A DNA stretch of 64,000 nt from positions 643,593-707,592 of the forward strand of contig CAVRUU010000003.1 of assembly GCA_963724515.1 (NCBI GenBank), written 5' to 3'. The notes under the pieces were generated by a model. The model saw nothing but the letters and a program-made list of their open reading frames with translations. It was not told where the DNA came from and made no database searches. A program made the position numbers and the translations under genes. Positions 30,931 through 38,620 of this stretch are shown here, one piece after another (position 1 is the stretch's first letter; each line of letters starts with the position of its first letter). This DNA is from Candidatus Eiseniibacteriota bacterium (GTDB lineage Bacteria; Eisenbacteria; RBG-16-71-46; SZUA-252).

Positions 30931-33387
30931 GTGAGAAGAACTCAGGGGAAGTCCCGTACTACACCGCGTATCTGCATCGCGGTCCTCGTCTTGACCGGCT
31001 CCCTGCTCGCGGCGAACGCTCGAGCGGACGGCCCTTCCCCTGAGGAGCGTTCCATCCTCGACAAGCTCCGTGCGTCCGGCGCGCGCCCCGGGAGCGCCCT
31101 TCAGTTTCACCCGAGCACGCCCTCGGGAGCCCATGTCCAGGAAGTGCCGGTGAGGTTCGCGTGGCCCTTGCCCTGGCCTCAGTCGGATCCGAGGCTCAGG
31201 ATCACGAACTACGTAGACCATGCCCCGGACTTCGGGCTCATCCTCGACTACATGGGCTTGGGCTTCACCTACGACGGCCACTATGGGACAGACATCAACA
31301 TCAACTCGTTCGCGGACATGGACGAGGGGGTCCCGGTGCTCGCGGCCGCGAACGGACGGGTCATCTACGTCGTCGACGGGAATTATGATCGAATGTACGA
31401 GGCATCTCCGGTACCCGCCAATGGAGTTCAGTTGGTCCACGAGGACGGATCGACGAGCCTCTACTGGCACCTCCGGACGAATTCCACAATGGTTCAGCTG
31501 GGAGAGTACGTCCGCGAGGGTCAGCAGCTCGGGTTCGTGGGCAGCTCCGGCTTCACGATGACGCCGCATCTCCATTTCGAGGGCCGTGATCCGACCGGGA
31601 ATTTTGATCCCTGGAGCGGCCCCGCCAATCCATTTCCGAGCCTCTGGAAGCACCAGGAGGACTATTACGGGGACGATCATCTCGTCGTCCACATCCTGGG
31701 AGTGACGACAGGTTCGGCCTTCTTCGATGAGGGCTCGCTCTTGGATTGGTCGGCCTTCAAGGAAAAGCCGAGCCAGCCCGTGGTTTTCGGGGCCGACGAG
31801 CCGAATCTCAAAGTGTGGGTCTTGCTCTCCGGTCAACCGACAGAGCCCTATCGCGTCGAGGTCCACCGCCCCGACGGATCCATCTTTGGCCAGGTCGAGT
31901 CCGGAGTCACGGCTTACGTGCGGCACTGGGGGGAGGGGTACCAGTACTACGATTTCCCCTTCAACGGAAGGGTCTCAGCCGCTGACTATGGCGAGTGGTA
32001 CGCGCAGATCCTGTTCGGCGGCGTGCCGGTGAGCACGGACCGCTTCACGGTCGGCGAGACGAGCCGATACGCGCCCCGATTCCATTGGCTTGCCGGAAAG
32101 TCGCTCCACCTCTCCACCGAGAGGCAGCAGGACGTCCTCTCATTGTCCTTCCTCGGGGCTCCGCCCGAGAGCCTCACCTTCGCCCTGGAGAACGCGCCGA
32201 GCAATGTGTCGCTGGCCACGGATGAGTTTGGGCAGACGATCGTCCTGATCGATCCCGCCGGGCCGGACCTCGCCAACGTGCGTTCGCGCGAGTTCGCGGT
32301 CGTCGCGACGGATCCCGACGGACGGCAGGGCAGGATGCGCTACCACCTGGTCAACGATGCCGCGAGCACACTCGGGTCCCCGCCGGTCGCGGCCGCACCC
32401 GGCTCCGTATCAGGGATCCCGGGCGATACGGTTACCGTGGACGTCTCGGCATCGGACGCCGACGGCGATGAGATTGCCGGGTTGACCGCGGATCTCTCCG
32501 GGCTTCCATCAGGACACGGGGCGACGTTCACCGTCGGCGGGGGAAACACGATGGGGAGACTCGTCTGGCCAACCAGGGCCGGTGGCGGGGGCACGTACGC
32601 GGTGACCTTCACAGCCCGCACATCGCTCGGCAGCGGGTACCCCGAGTACTACGGGTACCCCGCGACCGTCCAGACAGGAACCGCGACGACGAGGATCACG
32701 CTCGTGGAGGAGCTGGCCGCGCGCGCGTTCACGATCGGCGGGAACAGGACGCTCCGCCTGTCCTCCCACGGGCATCACTCACACAGGGCTCCATGGTGCG
32801 TCAACGTGGAACCAGTGAAGGCCGACTTTCGCCTCACCGACATCGACCTCGCGAGCGTCGAGCTTGTGTCGGATGGAACCGGGACCGTCGATCGGATTTC
32901 CCCGTACAGCAGGAAGAGGATCGTAGTCGAGGACTGGGATCGCAATTGCGTGGCGGACATCGCCTTTTGCTTCGCCAACGAGGATCTGGGGAGGCTATTC
33001 AGCGCGGTCAAGGGCAGGCGGAGGCTGACCGCGACGATTCATGGCACGCTCGTTTCGGGCGCGAAGTTCTCCGCCGCGGTGACCTTGAACGTGGTCGCAA
33101 GCGGGCGCGACCGGGATGATGCCAGCATTTCCCCCAACCCACTGAACCCGGACGCGATTCTCACGCTCAGCCTCTCCCATCCGGGGCCGGTACGCGTTCA
33201 GATCTTCGACACCCAGGGCCGCCTGGTCCGGACGCTTCTGGACACGAGCTTCGCGCCGGCGGGCCCTCTCGAGCTTCGCGTCGAAGCGCGCGACGGCGCG
33301 GGGAGCGCCTTGAGCTCGGGCGTGTACTTCTATCAGGTCTCGACGAGCGACGGCGCGACGACGGGCCGGTTTGTAGTCCTGAAGTAG
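30931..33387 (+). CDS. Secreted M23-family (LytM-type) metallopeptidase with C-terminal FlgD-Ig/T9SS-type sorting domain (818 aa)
   Basis: Signal peptide. M23 motifs 'HYGTDI' (HxxxD) and 'TPHLHFE' (HxH). C-terminus 'ISPNPLNPDAILTLSL...VRVQIFDTQGRLVRTLLD...SGVYFYQV...GRFVVLK'. Confidence 0.8.
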   Translation: MRRTQGKSRTTPRICIAVLVLTGSLLAANARADGPSPEERSILDKLRASGARPGSALQFHPSTPSGAHVQEVPVRFAWPLPWPQSDPRLRITNYVDHAPDFGLILDYMGLGFTYDGHYGTDININSFADMDEGVPVLAAANGRVIYVVDGNYDRMYEASPVPANGVQLVHEDGSTSLYWHLRTNSTMVQLGEYVREGQQLGFVGSSGFTMTPHLHFEGRDPTGNFDPWSGPANPFPSLWKHQEDYYGDDHLVVHILGVTTGSAFFDEGSLLDWSAFKEKPSQPVVFGADEPNLKVWVLLSGQPTEPYRVEVHRPDGSIFGQVESGVTAYVRHWGEGYQYYDFPFNGRVSAADYGEWYAQILFGGVPVSTDRFTVGETSRYAPRFHWLAGKSLHLSTERQQDVLSLSFLGAPPESLTFALENAPSNVSLATDEFGQTIVLIDPAGPDLANVRSREFAVVATDPDGRQGRMRYHLVNDAASTLGSPPVAAAPGSVSGIPGDTVTVDVSASDADGDEIAGLTADLSGLPSGHGATFTVGGGNTMGRLVWPTRAGGGGTYAVTFTARTSLGSGYPEYYGYPATVQTGTATTRITLVEELAARAFTIGGNRTLRLSSHGHHSHRAPWCVNVEPVKADFRLTDIDLASVELVSDGTGTVDRISPYSRKRIVVEDWDRNCVADIAFCFANEDLGRLFSAVKGRRRLTATIHGTLVSGAKFSAAVTLNVVASGRDRDDASISPNPLNPDAILTLSLSHPGPVRVQIFDTQGRLVRTLLDTSFAPAGPLELRVEARDGAGSALSSGVYFYQVSTSDGATTGRFVVLK

Positions 33388-34369
33388 CCACCAGCTCCTC
33401 GATGACCGGGTAGGCCACCGAGACCCGCTGATAGGGCTGTTCCGGATCGATCATGTCATGGTGGATCTGCTGAGAGGCAGGGAACTCGAAGGTCCGCACG
33501 TCCGCGCCCCTTGACCGCCATCGGCGCACCAGCTCGAGGGCCAGATCGTTGTTCACAGCATCATCCACCGCCGAGGTCACGAGAGCGATCCTCGCCGCCG
33601 GCTTGCGCCGGCCGGCCTCATCGAGGACCTCGAACCCCAACCGATAGACCTCCGCCAGGGCGTGGCTCGCGAACCGCGGGTAGCATTGCCTGGGGCCCGC
33701 GACGTCGGCCCGCGACTTCGAATCCCACCAGACGAAGAAGTTCGGCAACCGGAGCAGCGCGCACGCAAGCGGCCGCGCTGCCGGGGCCGGCATCCCGTGC
33801 GGCGCGAACGAGGGCGCCAGCAGCACGACACAATCGATGTCGGTTCGGTGCTGCGCGAGCCACGCTCCGAGCACCGCGCTCGAGGAAAGACCCACGACCG
33901 TGACGTGCTCACCCAGACCATGGGCGATGTCGATCGCGCGCTCTCCCGCCCGCGCCAGATCCTCGGCGTTCAGCCGGCCGAGATCCTCGGTCATGCGATC
34001 CGCCATCCCGTGGCGTGGGAGCCGCGGAATGAGCACGTTGCAGCCCAGCCGGGCAAAGTGGTCCGCGAGAAGATCGAACTGCTTCGGACAATTGGTGAAG
34101 CCATGGAGCAGGACGATGACACGTTCCGTCCGGGCGCCCACGGAGATGAGGCGCGGATGACACTCGGAATTGATTTCCGGGCCATCTCCGGCGCGGAGCG
34201 AATCGAAACGAGCGATCGCGTCGGAGTAGCTGAGGGCCGGCCCGGAGGCGGCGGGCCGGGCGACGGACGGGAGCCGGCCGAGCAGGAGCCAGAGGACGGC
34301 AAGAGCGCCGCAGGTCGCGAAGACCCACGGCGCTCTATGGAGTCGGCGTCGACGCCCCGCGCTGCTCAC
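33167..34369 (-). CDS. Secreted alpha/beta-hydrolase (esterase/lipase-like) with a long Arg/Ser-rich C-terminal tail
   Basis: GTG start overlapping the upstream gene's TGA. Signal peptide 'MSSAGRRRLHRAPWVFATCGALAVLWLLLGRLPSVA'; 'VIVLLHGF', nucleophile-elbow-like 'VVGLSSS', His-containing C-terminal region. The last ~70 codons are low-complexity and overlap the M23 gene's 3' end. Confidence 0.6.
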   Translation of the reverse strand: MSSAGRRRRLHRAPWVFATCGALAVLWLLLGRLPSVARPAASGPALSYSDAIARFDSLRAGDGPEINSECHPRLISVGARTERVIVLLHGFTNCPKQFDLLADHFARLGCNVLIPRLPRHGMADRMTEDLGRLNAEDLARAGERAIDIAHGLGEHVTVVGLSSSAVLGAWLAQHRTDIDCVVLLAPSFAPHGMPAPAARPLACALLRLPNFFVWWDSKSRADVAGPRQCYPRFASHALAEVYRLGFEVLDEAGRRKPAARIALVTSAVDDAVNNDLALELVRRWRSRGADVRTFEFPASQQIHHDMIDPEQPYQRVSVAYPVIEELVATSGLQTGPSSRRRSSRPDRSTRPSSRRSPRRRALRREAREGPPARSSCPEASGPGGPGCRRSERVPAPDGRG

Positions 34370-35013
34370 CCAATGGGGGCGGGCTTGATCGCGATGGACA
34401 CCGGCTCGCTCAGCGTGACCTTCATCTTCTGTCCCGCCGGGAGCACGATCTGATTCCCCTTCGTGGCGACGGCTACGCCCGCTCCGACCACGGCCCCGGC
34501 CGCGGCGCCCTTCCCGATGCTCTTCTTGCCGCCCAGGACTCCTCCGAGGATTCCTCCGGCGACGGCACCCCCACCGACCTCGAGCGCGCTCTCCTTCGCG
34601 TCTCCCTTCCCCTCGATCCGGAGGGGCACGGCGGCGATCGCGTAGCTCTTGCCGTCCTGCGTGACCAGCTCCGTGAAGCGGAGGGTCAGCTCGGCCCCGC
34701 CCGCGATGCGCCCGGCGGGATCGACGTGGGTCACCTCGCCGTTGATGGTCGCGCCGGCAGGCACCACGGTCACTTCGTTGACGCGAACCTCTTCCAGCGT
34801 GCGTAGCGTCACCTTGTCGCCGACGTGGTTCTTCCCCGTGTCGATCGTGTTCTGGAGCGCGGCGACGAACTCCGTCCCGGTGGCCAAGGTCTCGGTCTTC
34901 TTGCTGTCCGCGACCGACTGCTGGCCACACCCCGCCCCCGAGAGGGCGACGGCGACGAGCGCGGCGAAGAGAAACGCGCGGCGGATCTGATTTACTGAAT
35001 TGGATTTACTCAT
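34366..35013 (-). CDS. Lipoprotein with glycine-zipper (GxxxG) C-terminal region
   Basis: Lipobox 'VALSGAGC'; C-terminal 'GGGAVAGGILGGVLGGKKSIGKGAAAGAVVGAGVAVA', typical of SlyB/Gly-zipper lipoproteins. Confidence 0.55.
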   Translation of the reverse strand: MSKSNSVNQIRRAFLFAALVAVALSGAGCGQQSVADSKKTETLATGTEFVAALQNTIDTGKNHVGDKVTLRTLEEVRVNEVTVVPAGATINGEVTHVDPAGRIAGGAELTLRFTELVTQDGKSYAIAAVPLRIEGKGDAKESALEVGGGAVAGGILGGVLGGKKSIGKGAAAGAVVGAGVAVATKGNQIVLPAGQKMKVTLSEPVSIAIKPAPIG

Positions 35014-35121
35014 GGCCCGATTCCTCCAGGGTTTGGTGCGTCACAAAGAACCGAAGCCCCATTGTGTCGGACGGGCCCGCAGGGTGCAAGAACTGCGAAG
35101 ATCGCGACTGACTTTCCGGTG

Positions 35122-35919
35122 TCAGTCCACCCGGCGCAGACGAGGCTGGAAGTCGACGTTGTCCTTCACCCAGGAGAAGAACTTCTGCTGCTGTGCGAAC
35201 GGCCTGTCGGGGACGAGCATCTTCGGATTGTTCCATTCCGACATGACGATCGCGTCCTGGGTCCAGACCTTGACGCGCTTGCGCGGCACTTCGTCCCGCC
35301 AGCTCTTCGCCGTGACCGCGTCCGTGTAGAGGATGCGCAGGGTGATGTTGCGGGAGAGGTTCTCGAGAGGTTTCAGCCGGATGCCTCGGAACTTGGCGGA
35401 CCGGCTCACGCCGCCCAGATCCGGCATGCCATCGCTGAGCAGCACGATCGAGATGGGCTTCAAGATCAGTTTCTTCGAGTCGACCATGTCGGCGACCTGC
35501 GCGAAGAAGGCGTTGAAGTCCGTGAACGGGTTCTCCTTCTTCCTCGGAAAGAGGACCCTCAGCTGTGCTTCGATCTCCTCCACGGTGCGGTCCTGGAACG
35601 TCTGGATCGGGAACAGCGTCTTCGCTTCACCCTTGCTCACGCCGCCGATCGTCCCGACGAACATGGAATGCGGAATCTCCATGCCGCCGAGCCCGTTCAG
35701 GTGCGCGTGGATGTAACGTGCGAGGAATTCGATCGAGTTGTCGAAGTACTTCCCGTCCATGAAGGAGCCGCTGATATCGACGCCGATGAACAGAACGAGA
35801 CGGCCCGCGTTGGCGACCGGCCGATCAGAGGCATCGGGGTCCGCGGGCACGCCGGCCGTAAGGCGCGCCGGGGCGAGAAGGGTCCCGATTACGAGGAGCG
35901 AAAGGGCAAGGGCGCGCAT
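35122..35919 (-). CDS. Secreted vWA-domain protein (DUF1194-like)
   Basis: Signal peptide; MIDAS-type motif 'VLFIGVDISGSF'. Start lies 1 nt after the corrected stop of the upstream membrane-protein gene. Confidence 0.65.
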   Translation of the reverse strand: MRALALSLLVIGTLLAPARLTAGVPADPDASDRPVANAGRLVLFIGVDISGSFMDGKYFDNSIEFLARYIHAHLNGLGGMEIPHSMFVGTIGGVSKGEAKTLFPIQTFQDRTVEEIEAQLRVLFPRKKENPFTDFNAFFAQVADMVDSKKLILKPISIVLLSDGMPDLGGVSRSAKFRGIRLKPLENLSRNITLRILYTDAVTAKSWRDEVPRKRVKVWTQDAIVMSEWNNPKMLVPDRPFAQQQKFFSWVKDNVDFQPRLRRVD

Positions 35920-36048
35920 GTCAGGCCGCCTTCCTGATGCGCGCGCTGTTCAGCTCGGCGACCAGCAATCGCGCATCCTTGAAGTCCTGAACATTCTTGA
36001 GGGGCAGGTCGATGAGGTGCCGGTTCGAGAGCAGCAGGGTGACGAAGT

Positions 36049-37116
36049 TCAGCGCCGCGGCGACAACCTGCATCGGCGGCACGAGGAACGCGTCCAGGAG
36101 GCGTTCGCCCTCCGCCCCGACCCACTGGAATTCGCTGGTGAGCTGGCTCGAGAAGCTGTCGGAAAAGAGCCTGAACCCGGGCCGAGCTTCGCCGCGGTTT
36201 CACGGTTGCCGACTCCCTGACGCTGAATGATCGCCATGATCGTGGGCGTCCCGGCGGACGCGAACAGGAACCAGGACAGGCTGCGAAGACCGAGCCAGAT
36301 CACGCCGGCGATCGCCAGCGTGCCGACGATGCCGAGCTCGAACTTCCCGGACGTGTGCTGGGCGAACCACGGCACCAGTGCGTCGACGAACTCGCGGTAC
36401 AGGAAGACGATCTCGACGAACATCGCCACCAACTCGACCACGCCGATCTTGACGATCGTCGGCCAGTCGCGGCTCTTCAGCGCCGAGGCCCACGTCGACA
36501 GCACGGCGTAGCTGCCGAGCACGATGAACAGCATGAACAGGAACAGCGGGATGCGGACCGCGGTTTCGGTCATCTGCGTGCCCGCCAGGTTCGAGAGCGT
36601 GTCGATGACGAGCGACGTCATCACGTACGTGAAGATGATGGCCTCGAACACGCACCAGAAGAACGTCATCGCCACCGCGATCCACGGCACACCCGGGTTG
36701 AGCACGTTGCTGCCGATGCTGCGGATCATGCGGAACGGCAGCGCGACCAGCTCCTGGATGATCGCCCATGTCCCGACGAGCAGCATCTGGCACACGCCGA
36801 GCAGCGAGATGACGAGTCGGAGCACGAAGCGGAACACGCCGCCCCAGAACGTGAAGGTCGCCCGCGCCATGTCCCACCAGGTGACGAGCATGAGACCAAC
36901 GAACGTGCGTCGCTTGCCGCGCACGAGAATCGTCGGCAGGCTCAGGACGCTCGACCAGTAGGCCAGGGCGATCGCGCCGAGCGGCATGATCAGGAAGACC
37001 CGCTTCGCCACGAGAAGCCAAGACGGGTCGCCCGCGCCCCAGGCAAAGAGAAAGGCGCTCTTCATCGGCTGCCAGAGCGCGATGGTCTCGATCCAAAATT
37101 GCGCGTCTTGGTTCAT
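36049..37116 (-). CDS. Polytopic inner-membrane protein of unknown function, with an apparent frameshift near the 3' end
   Basis: At least 9 hydrophobic helices. After '...AIIQRQGV' the track frame becomes Ser/Arg-rich junk, while the adjacent frame reads a native-looking ~80-aa C-terminus ('...FSSQLTSEFQWVGAEGERLLDAFLVPPMQVVAAALNFVTLLLSNRHLIDLPLKNVQDFKDARLLVAELNSARIRKAA*') ending at about 35921. Confidence 0.5.
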   Translation of the reverse strand: MNQDAQFWIETIALWQPMKSAFLFAWGAGDPSWLLVAKRVFLIMPLGAIALAYWSSVLSLPTILVRGKRRTFVGLMLVTWWDMARATFTFWGGVFRFVLRLVISLLGVCQMLLVGTWAIIQELVALPFRMIRSIGSNVLNPGVPWIAVAMTFFWCVFEAIIFTYVMTSLVIDTLSNLAGTQMTETAVRIPLFLFMLFIVLGSYAVLSTWASALKSRDWPTIVKIGVVELVAMFVEIVFLYREFVDALVPWFAQHTSGKFELGIVGTLAIAGVIWLGLRSLSWFLFASAGTPTIMAIIQRQGVGNRETAAKLGPGSGSFPTASRASSPANSSGSGRRANASWTRSSCRRCRLSPRR

Positions 37117-37205
37117 GGGGTTTCCTTTCCGAATGCGCGAGCGTAAGTACCGTACAGTTAAGGTTTTAGGGAGCGCGGGGATTTCGAACAGCTGCCGACG
37201 GTGCT

Positions 37206-38195
37206 CTAGGGGGCCTGCGGACGCGCCGCCACGTCGGCGGCCTTCTTACCCGTCTCGAATCGAATCAAGAACTCCTGGGTCGCTTCCCCGCCCTTCGAGT
37301 CGGTCACCCGGACGGCCACAGGGTAATCTCCCCGCCGCTGATCCGGCGGGGGCAGCGGCCAGACAACGACGCCGCCCGGGTTTACGGTCATGCCGGCCGG
37401 CGCACTCACGAGATTGTAGGAAAGCGCGTCGCCGTCGCGATCCGCGGCGACGATCTGGTAGCGAAACGCCGCGTCGGTCGGTCCCGGCGCGGGTGGCTGG
37501 GAGGTGAATTGAGGGGGCCGGTTTTCGATCGTGAGCGCCGGGCTCCGAAGAGGCGCGGAGCTGCTCTGACCGTCGGATGCGACGGCCTCGACCGCGACAC
37601 GATCGCCGCGAACGAGCTTGTCGGTCGTCATGGTGGCGCCGCCCTCGCCTCCGAGTTGTTCGCCATTCCTGAACCATCGGTATTCATACGACACGCGATC
37701 GGCGTCAGGATCCGACGACTGGACGTTCGCCTGGAGACTCGGCGTCCCGGAGGCCGATGTCATCCAGAGGTCGACGCCGGTGATCTTGGGCGGGGTGTTC
37801 CTCACCTCCACCGTCGCGGTCAGATTCAACGGCGCCGAGTCTCCGAGAGCCACCTCGACCGAGATCCGCTGCCCTTTGGAGAACTGGGATGGTTCGAGCG
37901 AACCGGATCGCGCTCCCTCGATGACCGCGCCGTCGCGCCTCCACTGATAGCGGCACTTGGCGCGGTCGATCCACGGACCGTCGAAGACCACGTCGATACG
38001 CGAAACCGCGTACGCCGGATCGGGCGACAGGTGAATCTGTCTCGACCCGGCCTGCGCGTGACCTACATCGCTCCTCCCGGTCGAGCCGCCGGAACAGCCG
38101 GCCACGACGAGGGCGCCCGCAAGGGCGCCCAGACAGACTTGTACCAGTCGTGCCGTCGTCGCGCTCAACGACGAACCGCGCTCCACGGTAATCAC
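37206..38195 (-). CDS. Lipoprotein with tandem Ig-like/cadherin-like beta-sandwich repeats
   Basis: Lipobox 'VVAGCSGG'; repeated ~90-aa units with 'RNTPPKITGV...' and 'ENRPPQFTSQP...DRDGDALSY' patterns. Confidence 0.5.
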   Translation of the reverse strand: MITVERGSSLSATTARLVQVCLGALAGALVVAGCSGGSTGRSDVGHAQAGSRQIHLSPDPAYAVSRIDVVFDGPWIDRAKCRYQWRRDGAVIEGARSGSLEPSQFSKGQRISVEVALGDSAPLNLTATVEVRNTPPKITGVDLWMTSASGTPSLQANVQSSDPDADRVSYEYRWFRNGEQLGGEGGATMTTDKLVRGDRVAVEAVASDGQSSSAPLRSPALTIENRPPQFTSQPPAPGPTDAAFRYQIVAADRDGDALSYNLVSAPAGMTVNPGGVVVWPLPPPDQRRGDYPVAVRVTDSKGGEATQEFLIRFETGKKAADVAARPQAP

Positions 38196-38605
38196 CGCGG
38201 AGGCATGGGGTCGTTTGCCAGGATGCGGGTGCCCGATTGCCCCGCGGCTTCCGTGTCGGTCGCGGCGGGCCTTACGATGATCGTCCGCACGACGAACGAG
38301 TTGCCGCTGCGTTCTCCGGCGATGTACAGGTAGCGGTTGAGAACCATCTTGCCCAATGGCGCGGCGCCCTCTCCGATCACGTAGAGCGACGCGTCGGGGG
38401 CCACCGTGTATCGGACCCTGCCTATCTGAAGTGTCTCTCCGATGTACCCCGTGTAGTTCGTCGACAGGGAGAAGGTCGTGTTTTGACGCGGGGCGCGAGC
38501 CTTGGCCTTGGGTCCGGTCTTTCCCGCGTCGACGTCCGCCGCCAGCGACAGCGCGAGAAGGAGCGCCGTCGCGGCAAGCAGGTTCACACCGATTCGATGG
38601 CTCAT
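38192..38605 (-). CDS. Small secreted hypothetical protein (137 aa)
   Basis: Signal peptide 'MSHRIGVNLLAATALLLALSLAADVDA'. No recognisable domain. Overlaps the next gene by 4 nt. Confidence 0.4.
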   Translation of the reverse strand: MSHRIGVNLLAATALLLALSLAADVDAGKTGPKAKARAPRQNTTFSLSTNYTGYIGETLQIGRVRYTVAPDASLYVIGEGAAPLGKMVLNRYLYIAGERSGNSFVVRTIIVRPAATDTEAAGQSGTRILANDPMPPR

Positions 38606-38620
38606 GGGTACTCCTTTCGA

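Noticed and set aside
30823-31926. N-terminal ~370 codons of ORF 30052..31926 (-)
   Set aside because: Antisense to the M23 peptidase gene; only the last ~250 codons (signal peptide + beta-barrel) look like a real protein.
34370-34930. N-terminal ~187 codons of ORF 33167..34930 (-)
   Set aside because: Junk composition and overlap with the real Gly-zipper lipoprotein gene 34366..35013; the hydrolase starts at a GTG overlapping that gene's stop.
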